This document shows, in pieces, positions 30,901 to 39,219 of a stretch of DNA of 64,000 nt (position 1 is its first letter; each line of letters opens with the position of its first letter). The stretch covers positions 352,001 to 416,000 of the forward strand of contig OZ242376.1 of NCBI GenBank assembly GCA_965209085.1, read 5' to 3'. The notes beneath the pieces were generated by a model. It had not been told where the DNA came from and did no database searches. It saw only the letters and a list, made by a program, of their open reading frames with translations. Made by a program: the position numbers and the translations under genes. This stretch comes from Nitrosopumilaceae archaeon. Lineage in GTDB: Archaea; Thermoproteota; Nitrososphaeria; Nitrososphaerales; Nitrosopumilaceae.

Positions 30901-32768
30901 CTACGGCAACTGACATTGACGAGATTGAAATTACAAACAACGCTCCGGAACTTTATGCAATCGGAACAACACTGGTGACGTGGACCGCCACTGACGCTTC
31001 GGGCAATTTTGCATCAGATGTGCAGACTGTTCTAGTGCACGATACGAGCAGTCCGGCAGTGGCGGCACCTGCGGACATAACATCAGAGGCAATTGCGACA
31101 AACACCCCCGTTAATACCGGAATTGCAATAGCATACGATACTGCAGGCGCAGTATCTGTCACAAGTGACGCTCCGGCCGCATTTCTGATTGGCGTAACGC
31201 AGGTAACATGGACTGCAACAGACGGCGCAGGAAACACCGCTTTTGCCGTACAGGAAATAAACATCATAGATAGTACATCTCCAATAGTTGCAGCTCCGGC
31301 AAACGTTGCAGCAGAGGCTCAATCCGAGAACGGGGCAAAAGCTGACATTGGTACTGCCACTGCAACGGACATTGGAGAGGTAACAATATCAAACAACGCC
31401 CCTGAAATATTCCCAATTGGAAAGACACAGGTAACATGGACTGCAGTTGACGCATCAGGCAACGGGGCAACTGTTGTACAAAACATCACAGTATCTGATA
31501 CAACAGCACCTGTAATAACGGCGCCGGCCAACGTAACAGCAGAAGCGGTTGCACACAACACGCCTGTGGAAATAGGCATTGCAAAGGCAACTGATACGGC
31601 GGGAAGGGTTTTGATCTCAAACAACGCCCCAAAATCATTTTTGATGGGTTCAGTACAGGTAACGTGGACTGCAGCGGATGATTCAGGTAACATTGCTGCG
31701 GTAATACAGATTGTGACCGTACAGGATACGACCGCGCCTGCCCTGACGCCTCCGGCAAACGTTACAGCAGAGGCTGAATCTGTAAACGGTGCGGTAGTTG
31801 CCATCGGTACTGCCACTGCAACGGACATTGGAGATGTAACAATATCAAACAACGCCCCTGAAATATTCCCAATTGGAAAGACACAGGTAACATGGACTGC
31901 AGTTGACGCATCAGGCAACGGGGCGAATGCGGTACAGACTGTGAAAGTCTCTGATACAGTTGTGCCCGTAATAGTTGCACCTGTGGGAATTACAGCCGAA
32001 GCTGAATCATCAGATGGCACAAGCGTGAGTCTTTTAGATCCGCAATCTGCGGATATTTCAGGAATAGCGTCAGTTACAAACAACGCCCCTGAAAAATTCC
32101 AACTGGGGGATACAGTGGTAACCTGGACCCTTACGGACAATTACAATAACACGGCTACGGCAGAACAGACTGTCAGTATTGTCGATACGACTCCTCCGGT
32201 GATAGATTTGCCGGATACTGTGGTATTTGAAATAACGGGAACAAGTACCAGAGCGTCCCTTGAAGATGCCACAGCATTTGATTTGGTGGACGGTGCAGTT
32301 TCAGTTACAAACAACGCCCCAGAATCGTTTGGATTGGAAAAAGTAAACATAACATGGACTTCCACTGATGCATCAGGAAATACCGCAAAGACCATTCAGA
32401 TTCTTGAACCAAACGCATGCGGAAAACCGCTTTCGTATTACGTATTGACGGTTGGAACCGACTTGGATGATTCAATACGCGGAACCGCCCAGCCTGATCT
32501 GATGTTTCTTTTGCGCGGAGATGATGTTGTATTTGGAGAGCGCGGCAATGACTGCATATTCGGAGGACAGGGCTCTGATGTGATATTCGGCGGCGAAGGG
32601 GATGATACGCTCTATGGGGACGAGGATGGCGATGTACTGCGCGGCGATTCAGGCTCTGATTCCATATTTGGAGGCGAAGGATACGATATAATCGACGGTG
32701 GAGACGGATACGATTCATGCGGCCTGATAACTGACACAGCGCAGGATCTGACCATACGGTGCGAATAA
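27915..32768 (+). CDS. Secreted adhesin-like protein: NHL beta-propeller, 15 HYR/Ig-like repeats, RTX-like Ca-binding repeats
   Basis: Six NHL blades (F..P.GI....VYV.D.GN.RVQKF); 15 units of about 76 aa ending TWTA.D.SGN; C-terminal GG.G.D.I.G nonapeptides. Confidence 0.9.
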   Translation: MKFWHLLPALALSMMLAAAIPAVSASYDYPFVLKWGERGIGTFGEFSSPQYAAVDSNGSVYVTDLGNKRVQKFSGDGEFLTAWGNSGSLPGEFNAPAGIAVYGESVYVVDRHLHRVQQFDLDGNFVNEWGSKGSGDGEFLLPNGIDTDINGSVYVIDTGNQRVQVFTFDGEYVFEFGSSGTQDDKFLNPVGISVENGAAYVTDAGNNAVKKFKTDGTFIKNYDSSSGGLVMGPYGIQGDGDGNMYIADYRNNRILYLGGDGLAITSWGKGGVRDGDFMSPTDVVMDDNGYLFVTDTNGNRIQKFSSPMVREMSMPEEIPDAPEQEIPAEPEPIQGHPDTIPPILQLPNHISGDIVKPTILVPADLTVEVTGHLTAINIGHASAHDESGIQLLTNNAPSKFTLGTSTIIWTAIDGSGNLAVAPQQITVQDTMPPVITPMDNVTLLAVHPTLNLVLLNAPNVYDTLGVLSLTNDAPEHFVIGTTAVTWTAMDVVANTAKFVQYVHLVDIEPPVLYVPKAIVQEAVAVFENLVDLGNANVTDNSLAAHVGNDAPEYFPLGNTTVIWTATDGSGNSISDVQNVMITDTTAPQFDPINAILSEAVTAVANKINLTEPYAYDVQNFTISNNAPDAFPTGTTLITWVAVDAYGNKATAIQNVTIRDTTPPAINHTGDVIAEAAGPHGTPVVLQIPQTTDAISAVNVTNDAPDLYALGETNVTWIAADENGNNVSIIQKITVLDTIAPEITILTEIIAEAIGYMNNTVDIGLPVVYDIVGVENLTNDAPQAYAVGTTTVTWIASDESKNTANATQTVTIVDTKQPSITAPFDIIVEAQNPNGEPVAIGKASAGDAVGIFEVRHDAPEIFPFGITNVTWTATDMSGNSNSTVQTVTVHDTVPPSITAPQNVTIEAQSPASNRVELGVALADDAVGVVELRHNSPLLFLMGTTLITWTATDASGNFASDVQTVLVHDTSSPALEIPADITAEAVSANGTAIPIGDATATDIDEIEITNNAPELYAIGTTLVTWTATDASGNFASDVQTVLVHDTSSPAVAAPADITSEAIATNTPVNTGIAIAYDTAGAVSVTSDAPAAFLIGVTQVTWTATDGAGNTAFAVQEINIIDSTSPIVAAPANVAAEAQSENGAKADIGTATATDIGEVTISNNAPEIFPIGKTQVTWTAVDASGNGATVVQNITVSDTTAPVITAPANVTAEAVAHNTPVEIGIAKATDTAGRVLISNNAPKSFLMGSVQVTWTAADDSGNIAAVIQIVTVQDTTAPALTPPANVTAEAESVNGAVVAIGTATATDIGDVTISNNAPEIFPIGKTQVTWTAVDASGNGANAVQTVKVSDTVVPVIVAPVGITAEAESSDGTSVSLLDPQSADISGIASVTNNAPEKFQLGDTVVTWTLTDNYNNTATAEQTVSIVDTTPPVIDLPDTVVFEITGTSTRASLEDATAFDLVDGAVSVTNNAPESFGLEKVNITWTSTDASGNTAKTIQILEPNACGKPLSYYVLTVGTDLDDSIRGTAQPDLMFLLRGDDVVFGERGNDCIFGGQGSDVIFGGEGDDTLYGDEDGDVLRGDSGSDSIFGGEGYDIIDGGDGYDSCGLITDTAQDLTIRCE

Positions 32769-32816
32769 CCGTCAGGACTTCAGACTTTTATTTGCGGCAA
32801 AGACAACACGTGCCGA

Positions 32817-32903
32817 GCGGAGATCGCCTAGCCTGGTAGGGCGTGTGATTGCTAATCCCATGTCCGAAAGGACACGGGGGTTCAAATCCCCCTCTCCGCG
32901 CCA
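32817..32903 (+). tRNA. tRNA-Ser(GCT)
   Basis: GCGGAGA acceptor stem, TTGCTAA loop, long variable arm TGTCC-GAAA-GGACA, encoded CCA. Confidence 0.93.
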
Positions 32904-32960
32904 TATTGCCGAATGTGTACAAAAATTACAGTTAAAATAGGCGGCAGCCGCATGTTTGAC

Positions 32961-33122
32961 ATGGGTCGCAGAAAATCACAAAAGATCATCCGTTCAGCTC
33001 CAAGAAACGTTACTACAGGCATGTGTCCAAAGTGCCAGACCATAGGGCGCATCTACATCATTGGAAAACCTGGGAAAGAACACGGTAAATGTCCCGCATG
33101 CAACCAAGATTTTGATCTCTAA
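32961..33122 (+). CDS. Small basic zinc-ribbon protein (Elf1-like layout)
   Basis: MGRRKSQKIIR...CPKC...CPAC. Confidence 0.7.
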   Translation: MGRRKSQKIIRSAPRNVTTGMCPKCQTIGRIYIIGKPGKEHGKCPACNQDFDL

Positions 33123-33175
33123 TCCGTGGAAAAACAATAACTTTTTAAGTAAATTTTTAAAGTATATGATCGGCT

Positions 33176-33349
33176 ATGGTAAAGAAAGACTCCGAGACAG
33201 TATACGATAAAGTGGCAAAACTCGAAAAAGAGGTCATAATGTTGCGCAAACAAATGGACGTGGTATTGGGTGCCGTACGCAATAAAATTGCACGGCACGA
33301 GATAGCCATGATACGCGAAGGCGACGATGTAAAGTCAGTATTGGACTAG
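33176..33349 (+). CDS. Small coiled-coil hypothetical protein (57 aa)
   Basis: MVKKDSETVYDKVAKLEKEVIMLRKQMDVVLGAVRNKIARHEIAMIREGDDVKSVLD; AT-rich promoter upstream; CTAG stop overlap with the next gene. Confidence 0.65.
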   Translation: MVKKDSETVYDKVAKLEKEVIMLRKQMDVVLGAVRNKIARHEIAMIREGDDVKSVLD

Positions 33350-34167
33350 ATTTTTTCACGTATGCTTTTTATCATCTCTAAAACATGATCAATGTCGTGT
33401 CCTCCTGGATTTATCTCAAGATACCTGTTTAGGTGCTCAAGGGATGCACTATAATGCAGCAGCCTTGCCTCGATTATTCCCTTGTCCCTTACATCGTCGG
33501 GGGATTCAGGATCAAATGCAAGAACCATGTCTGCGCATCTTCCTGCCCTTGCATAATCGTACGAATGCATGTACGAATTTTTCAGATTGCGCGCCATACG
33601 AATCATCAGCCTCTCAGGTTTGGCCTCGTCAAGATATTCTGGTTTAAACAAAACTTCGCCATCAAAGACACTGTCCAAAATTACCTGCAAATCATCGTGT
33701 CCTACAATCATTCCGCCGTTGTACGGATCAAGTATGACCATCTCTCCAATCTTTGCCAAAATATGTCCTGGAAAATCAACCAACCTGACGTTAAGGCCTG
33801 TATGTCCTGCCACCTCTGCGTACATTATGGATAACGTAATGGGGATGCCAGTTTTTTTGTCAATGACCTCGTTGAGAAAATTGTTGCGCGGATCGTAATA
33901 ATCTGTCTCGTCCGGACCGTATCCAAGTGATCCAAAAAACTCTCCGTTGAATCTGCCGACCCTGTCTGCAATTTCACCCTCGCCGGAGCATACAGACCAG
34001 CAGTGTCTGCCAAGTGCGTTTATTTTTTCAATGTATGCGCCAATATCCAAGTCGGGGTATTCGAGCAGTTGGGCCATCTTGAGATATTTTTCAACCGGTC
34101 CAAGATTTGGATTATTCACATACGATGCCCATTCTGCCACAAATGGGTCAAATCCGTGCTCTTCCAC
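33346..34167 (-). CDS. SirB1/transglutaminase-like protein with C-terminal TPR
   Basis: DYYDPRNNFLNEVIDKKTGIPITLS, FPGHIL, LDPYNGG. Confidence 0.88.
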   Translation of the reverse strand: MEEHGFDPFVAEWASYVNNPNLGPVEKYLKMAQLLEYPDLDIGAYIEKINALGRHCWSVCSGEGEIADRVGRFNGEFFGSLGYGPDETDYYDPRNNFLNEVIDKKTGIPITLSIMYAEVAGHTGLNVRLVDFPGHILAKIGEMVILDPYNGGMIVGHDDLQVILDSVFDGEVLFKPEYLDEAKPERLMIRMARNLKNSYMHSYDYARAGRCADMVLAFDPESPDDVRDKGIIEARLLHYSASLEHLNRYLEINPGGHDIDHVLEMIKSIREKI

Positions 34168-34170
34168 GAG

Positions 34171-35358
34171 TTACACCCTTGCCAGATACGTCCCAGGTTC
34201 CTTTAACTCGCGCGTGGTGGGGGGACTATCAAGAAGCATTTCAAAAGTTTTCTTTCCATGTTTTTCATATACTGCCTTTGTGAAATCCCTTCCCATGCTT
34301 TTTCGAACCCTGTACGAGGATATGTCGGTGCCGGCAAATGTGGACAGATATGCTGCAAAATCCTCGTCATCTCCGAGCACGTTTTCCACGGCAAATTCGG
34401 CCATCCCCTCCATTGCGGTAAACGCCGCATGGTGCGACTGTATGGGCTCCAGCCAGCGCTGGTAAATTTCCAAAAGTTCTGGAACCATCCCAGATATCTT
34501 TGGATCTATCTCAACCTTGTTGAACGTCATCACGTCCGGACCTAGAATGTTGACGATAAAGTTGTCCGGATTTAACATGAAAAATAAATTTGCCCTCTTT
34601 GCAATGGGAAAATCATCCGGTACGGTCTGCAGCTGCAGGTATTCGTAAAGGGATGATGCGGTGTCATCGTCCAGCGAATTTATTATTCCTGCCAGTTCTT
34701 CATTTATCAGGTTTACCTCAAGCGAGGCTTTTTCATTTATTTTGTGCAGTTTTTCCTGTCCTGAATGAACCAGCTCTTCAAGTATTGTCATCTTCAAGGC
34801 TCCCATGTATCCGGAATTTACGCGCTCAAATTTCTGATCAAAGGGCTCACCCTGTCTGTAGAGTATTATCCGGGGGTAGTTTGATAGTACAAATTTGTTC
34901 AGATATACCGTTCCATCCATATAGTCGCCGTACGTCGTGGAGATCTTTGAGAGGTATGCTTTTGCGTACGTTGAATATACGAAAAATCTCGGCCTGTCTT
35001 CCTTTATGAGATTGGATATTTCCACAACGTTGGCAGCAGATACTGCTGCAAAAAGTCTGTCTATATACTGGCGTGAATCGTCTTTTGCCACCACTTTTCT
35101 GCCCTTGAGCGCTTTGAATTCATTCAAATCTGCAAATTCAAGAACGGTATTGCTGCAATCCAGCCCTGTAAATTCTGACATTTTCTCCCCCATGGGATCA
35201 AAGAATCTTTTCGCCGCATCCTCGAGCGGCTCAAATTTCACATCAAAGGGAGAATCACCGGATATCTTTTCTGCAAGATCCGCAATCACTTTCTCTTCGT
35301 TTGTTTCAACGGCAATCTGATCAAGCAACGCGTCTGCAAATTCCTCAAGCTCTGGCAT
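34171..35358 (-). CDS. Hypothetical zincin-like protein
   Basis: LEELVHSGQ (degenerate HExxH) and MEGMAEF; start trimmed to ATG 35358 because the longer ORF overlaps the tRNA. Confidence 0.65.
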   Translation of the reverse strand: MPELEEFADALLDQIAVETNEEKVIADLAEKISGDSPFDVKFEPLEDAAKRFFDPMGEKMSEFTGLDCSNTVLEFADLNEFKALKGRKVVAKDDSRQYIDRLFAAVSAANVVEISNLIKEDRPRFFVYSTYAKAYLSKISTTYGDYMDGTVYLNKFVLSNYPRIILYRQGEPFDQKFERVNSGYMGALKMTILEELVHSGQEKLHKINEKASLEVNLINEELAGIINSLDDDTASSLYEYLQLQTVPDDFPIAKRANLFFMLNPDNFIVNILGPDVMTFNKVEIDPKISGMVPELLEIYQRWLEPIQSHHAAFTAMEGMAEFAVENVLGDDEDFAAYLSTFAGTDISSYRVRKSMGRDFTKAVYEKHGKKTFEMLLDSPPTTRELKEPGTYLARV

Positions 35359-35432
35359 GAAAATTGCATATGCGTTGCTGAATTTAACGCTAGTGATGGG
35401 GCATCCGCTGACCTTGAACGTGCATCTGTGTG

Positions 35433-35530
35433 TGGTGCCGGAGGTGGGTTTCGAACCCACGACCTCCAGATTATGAGTATTGCCCTACACGGGGAGGCTG
35501 GCACTCTAGGCCAGGCTGAGCTACTCCGGC
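35433..35530 (-). tRNA. tRNA-Met(CAT), elongator type, with a 19-nt intron at non-canonical position 30/31 (35479-35497)
   Basis: Removing CCTCCCCGTGTAGGGCAAT restores CCAGA-CTCATAA-TCTGG; junction folds as a bulge-helix-bulge; encoded CCA. Confidence 0.92.
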
Positions 35531-35576
35531 ACGAAATAAAGCCTGTCGTGTGTTAAATTAAATGATTCGTATGATG

Positions 35577-37172
35577 TCAGTATTTTTTAGAAACGGACGA
35601 CCATTTGTCATGTTCTTCCTTTACCCACAGAAACTTTCTTTGTAGCGCCAAAGTATACAGTTTTTCCCAAGGAACTTCAACGTGATCCGTCCATGATTTT
35701 AGGACGCGGGGGTCTATATAATTGCGCAGCGAAGTGCCGAGATTATAGTCGCGTGTTTGCTGCACCAGTTCAAGCTGCAGTTTGAGCTTGGTTATTCTTT
35801 CTTTTTTGCGTATTTCCTGTTTCTTTGTTTTGGTTTTTGCATTCTTTACATTTTTGAGGATTTCACGTTTCTTTTCAATGGATTCTTTAAAGGTTTTTGG
35901 AATAGTACGTTTGTGATTGCACATCTTTGCAGCCTCAAGATTTGCAAGTTTTGCATAATAGATCTTTTCCACGGGAGTCTTGCCTGATATGTTGCCGACA
36001 TTCCTGAGATATTTTGAAACCACAGTTGATGCAAGATATGTTCTAAACACTTTTGCCGACAGGCCGTCAACTATGCCTGAAAAATACATGTTTACATGTC
36101 TTGACGTAATTCCGCCGAATATCTCCTCTTTTGGGGATATTTTATCCGTAAGTTCCTTGAGGTTGAGGCGGAACTGTTCATCATGACCCACGGCTTTTAC
36201 CGTCTCGCGCCATCTGACACTGTCTTTTCCAAGAAAATCAAATTCTATTGCATCATTTGTGATCTTTACATGTTCTTTACGCAGTGTGGTAGCTCCCACG
36301 GTGTCCGCCTCGTCGGGATCTTTTTCATCTCCCACCCTCATGGCAGTTCTGTATATGAGATAACATGCGGTGGCCACCAGTTTTTTTCTTGTATCTGAGC
36401 CTTTCATATCGCGTGTAATCTGCGCGCTTATACGCTCGATGCTCTTTGAGAGGTTTTCGGCTTTGACATATTTTGCTTTGTCATTTTTTTGTTTTATTCC
36501 TGCCGTGTCTGCAAACCCGACGTATTTTGTATTTTTTGTAAGATCGTCCACCCAGCTTGCTAGCCACGCGGCCTCTTGATTGTGAATAATTTTTCCCCAT
36601 TTGCCGGGAGGAACTTTGGCTTCCTTGCCCATGTTCAAAATTACATCCCCGTGCATTACGCGTTTTTTCCATTTCCCTCTGAGGGGATGCGCTCCCCTTC
36701 CTATGAATATGCCCGGGGGTTCGGCCATATAGTTTCCAACCTCTACTTTTTCACCGTCAAGAACTGCAACACCGTACTGGTCTTTTAATTTTTCACGCAG
36801 CTCTTTTCGTTTTTTTGCAAGGGATTTTCGATCTTCTTTTGTCATCATCTCACGCGCGTCTTTTTCTGCGTCAACAATTTTGTACATGTCTGAAAAATTA
36901 ATATCCAAATATTTTGTACCAGAAAATTCCTTGCCAAGCTGGCGCGAAAAATCTTTTGTAAAGTTTTTCTGAAACACCGTATCCTGTACGTACGGCGTGT
37001 CTTTTTTTTTGGCCCACAGATATGCCATTTCTTCCTGCAGCGGCGTAAGATTTGTTTTTTTACCCTTTATGGAAACTGACAGCCCTTTTGTCTCGTATGC
37101 TGGAGGAAAAAGTATGCCGTTGTGCTGCAGGGTGTTCCATTTTTTTTCTTTTTTCTTTTTTATCTTGTTCAT
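35577..37172 (-). CDS. DNA topoisomerase IB (thaumarchaeal, eukaryote-like)
   Basis: WNTLQHNGILFPP, EPPGIFIGRGAHPLRG, MRVGDEKD, FDFLGKDS, AKVFRTY, CNH, GTSLRNYIDPR (catalytic Tyr). Confidence 0.96.
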   Translation of the reverse strand: MNKIKKKKEKKWNTLQHNGILFPPAYETKGLSVSIKGKKTNLTPLQEEMAYLWAKKKDTPYVQDTVFQKNFTKDFSRQLGKEFSGTKYLDINFSDMYKIVDAEKDAREMMTKEDRKSLAKKRKELREKLKDQYGVAVLDGEKVEVGNYMAEPPGIFIGRGAHPLRGKWKKRVMHGDVILNMGKEAKVPPGKWGKIIHNQEAAWLASWVDDLTKNTKYVGFADTAGIKQKNDKAKYVKAENLSKSIERISAQITRDMKGSDTRKKLVATACYLIYRTAMRVGDEKDPDEADTVGATTLRKEHVKITNDAIEFDFLGKDSVRWRETVKAVGHDEQFRLNLKELTDKISPKEEIFGGITSRHVNMYFSGIVDGLSAKVFRTYLASTVVSKYLRNVGNISGKTPVEKIYYAKLANLEAAKMCNHKRTIPKTFKESIEKKREILKNVKNAKTKTKKQEIRKKERITKLKLQLELVQQTRDYNLGTSLRNYIDPRVLKSWTDHVEVPWEKLYTLALQRKFLWVKEEHDKWSSVSKKY

Positions 37173-37265
37173 ATAAAACGCACCATAATTGTGGACTTTG
37201 ACATAAACTCCACATATTGGTATATCAATTTACCCATATAACAACATACAGTATGATTCATGCGA

Positions 37266-38009
37266 TTATGCACCGTCCATTTTTGCAGGACACATACTGC
37301 GGTATTTGCAGACCCTGCATTTTGCCACGACGTTGTGATGTTTTGGCTCTGCAGCGTTCAAAAGCAGCGTTGCAAATCTCTCCACCGCTTGGTTAAGATA
37401 CGCCGTTTCATACACACCGCATTTGCCGGTATATTTTTTCACAAGCGCATTGCCGTTGTTTTTATCGCGTATGTTTACCGTCCATTCCTTTGATTTATTT
37501 TCAATTTCAAACCAGTCTTCGCCTTCTGAGGAATGCGAATAATCCGAATTCAAATATGCAAGAATCTGCAGCAGCTGGTTGTCGTATGGAGCATCCCTCT
37601 TCAGATACGGGAGCGTTTTTGCCGGAAATTTGTCATCCTCCACTCCAAGTATGCCTTCGGATCTTTTCAGCTTGTCGGTTCTGCCGTAGAGTGTTACCAC
37701 CGCATCTTTGCGCCCAATCCTGATGTTTGAGCGCATTCGCGTGCGTATGTACTCGCGGGGAAATTCAATATTCTGAACCGGATCCGCAATCTGCTTGACG
37801 GTAACCTCTTCAAGTACAACGTGTTCTTTTTCATACTCTTCCTCCTCCTCGTGCGCTTCAAGGCCTGCCATGACTGCCTTTGAGGGTTCGGTTTTTATTT
37901 TTTGCAGTACCATGGGAGCTTCGTATTCACAGTATCCAATAACGCCGGTAAATTCACTGACGGATGCTGCCACGTGATCCGTATCGCCAGTGCTCCAGGT
38001 ACTTGCCAT
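37266..38009 (-). CDS. Exo5/Cas4-like PD-(D/E)xK nuclease with four-Cys Fe-S staple
   Basis: SVSEF....YCE, G...H, RE, GRTDKL, EDDKF, QILAY, CRVCKYRSMC; start trimmed to ATG 38009. Confidence 0.78.
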   Translation of the reverse strand: MASTWSTGDTDHVAASVSEFTGVIGYCEYEAPMVLQKIKTEPSKAVMAGLEAHEEEEEYEKEHVVLEEVTVKQIADPVQNIEFPREYIRTRMRSNIRIGRKDAVVTLYGRTDKLKRSEGILGVEDDKFPAKTLPYLKRDAPYDNQLLQILAYLNSDYSHSSEGEDWFEIENKSKEWTVNIRDKNNGNALVKKYTGKCGVYETAYLNQAVERFATLLLNAAEPKHHNVVAKCRVCKYRSMCPAKMDGA

Positions 38010-38058
38010 GTTTAAAGGCAAACTTCCGACTTTAAAAATATGTGCAGCATACTCTGCT

Positions 38059-38292
38059 CTAAATGTCAGAGACGTCATCGGATGCACCAAAAACATCGTG
38101 TTTGACAACCCCGGTCCAGCATCCAAAATGATAGAATATGCGGCGTTTGTGATCCGTAACGCTACTTTCCGTACCGATTGTTTTGCCGCACACGTAGCAT
38201 ATCTGCCCGGATGGCAAAGACGAGCTTGCCTGACCTTTCCAGTATATGCCGGCAAAGAATGCCAAAAGCACCATGCCAACCTCTGCAATCAT
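38059..38292 (-). CDS. Small membrane-anchored zinc-finger protein
   Basis: MIAEVGMVLLAFFAGIYW (TM) then CYVC...YHFGC. Confidence 0.62.
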   Translation of the reverse strand: MIAEVGMVLLAFFAGIYWKGQASSSLPSGQICYVCGKTIGTESSVTDHKRRIFYHFGCWTGVVKHDVFGASDDVSDI

Positions 38293-38472
38293 GGGACATC
38301 TAGCCTCTGTATAGCATTGGTTCGTTGTCGCCATCGTCAAACTCGCGGATTATTATCGGATACATCTTTGAATTTGCAGATTTTGCAGGTCTGATCTCAT
38401 TTTTCATCATGATTGAATGTGGGTTTAGAAATTATTATATTACACCACCATAGTATGCATATTGAACATAAT

Positions 38473-39219
38473 ATGAATAATGTTACGGATTTGCGCGTAC
38501 ATGTGGCCCCTGTGGGATATGAGGAAGACCGGATAGTGATTCCGGCGATACAAAAAAAAGCCGACCGTGTTTGGCTTTTGGTGCATTCAAATCCCAGTGA
38601 AGATCGGGCACTGCAGTTTACGGAAAGAATTAAGAAAAAACTGGAAAATGAAAAAATCGAGGTTGTTACAGAACCGCACGACAGGACGGATTTTTTTCAA
38701 ATAATAAAATGTATAAAATCCGTAATAGAAAAAGAAAAACAAAACACCCTGTACATTAATCTGGCATCCGGATCCAAAATACAGTCAATCGCCCTGATGA
38801 TGGGATGCATGACGGTTAACAACAGACAGAACATACGTCCGTTTTACGCAGAGGCTGAAAGTTATCCTGGAATGGCAAAAAAACAAATCTCATACGGCGT
38901 TAAAAACATAATGGACGTTCCAACATACAGAATACATACTCCAAAACCCGCGCTTGTTGCAGCACTGCATCTGATACGCCAGGAAAACGGCCGCATTACA
39001 AAAAAACGGCTTGCACAACTTGCAATTGAATCGGGAATAATAAACGTGGGGGCAAGGGAAGAAAATAAAAATCCTGCCGCCCTGACAAGTCTGGCACAAA
39101 ACATTATACGGCCGCTTGAAGATGAATGGGGTTATATCCGGATAGAAAAAGTGGGAAGAAACCGGTGGGTGGAGCTGACCGAAGAGGGACGCAACGTTAC
39201 GGAATTTCTCTCTAAGTGA
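38473..39219 (+). CDS. CARF-like + winged-HTH transcriptional regulator (DUF6293/HFX_2341, Csa3-like)
   Basis: VHVAPVGYEEDRI, ADRVWLL, YINLASGSKI, C-terminal GYIRIEKVGRNRWVELTEEG. Confidence 0.85.
   Translation: MNNVTDLRVHVAPVGYEEDRIVIPAIQKKADRVWLLVHSNPSEDRALQFTERIKKKLENEKIEVVTEPHDRTDFFQIIKCIKSVIEKEKQNTLYINLASGSKIQSIALMMGCMTVNNRQNIRPFYAEAESYPGMAKKQISYGVKNIMDVPTYRIHTPKPALVAALHLIRQENGRITKKRLAQLAIESGIINVGAREENKNPAALTSLAQNIIRPLEDEWGYIRIEKVGRNRWVELTEEGRNVTEFLSK

Noticed and set aside
28817-32395. Long antisense ORFs in the HYR gene, and similar ones opposite gdhA, the antiporter and the MFS gene
   Set aside because: Shadow ORFs from codon bias, with no recognisable motifs.
35359-35460. Extension of the 429-aa ORF, and a weak C/D-like string (GTGATGG...CTGA) at about 35393-35411
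   Set aside because: The extension overlaps tRNA-Met; the boxes are incomplete and lack a terminal stem.
35577-37172. Eukaryote-like topoisomerase IB as a horizontal transfer
   Set aside because: An established vertical hallmark of Thaumarchaeota.
38010-38288. 93-aa N-terminal extension of the nuclease ORF
   Set aside because: A different frame gives a more plausible TM + zinc-finger protein, and nuclease motifs begin after ATG 38009.
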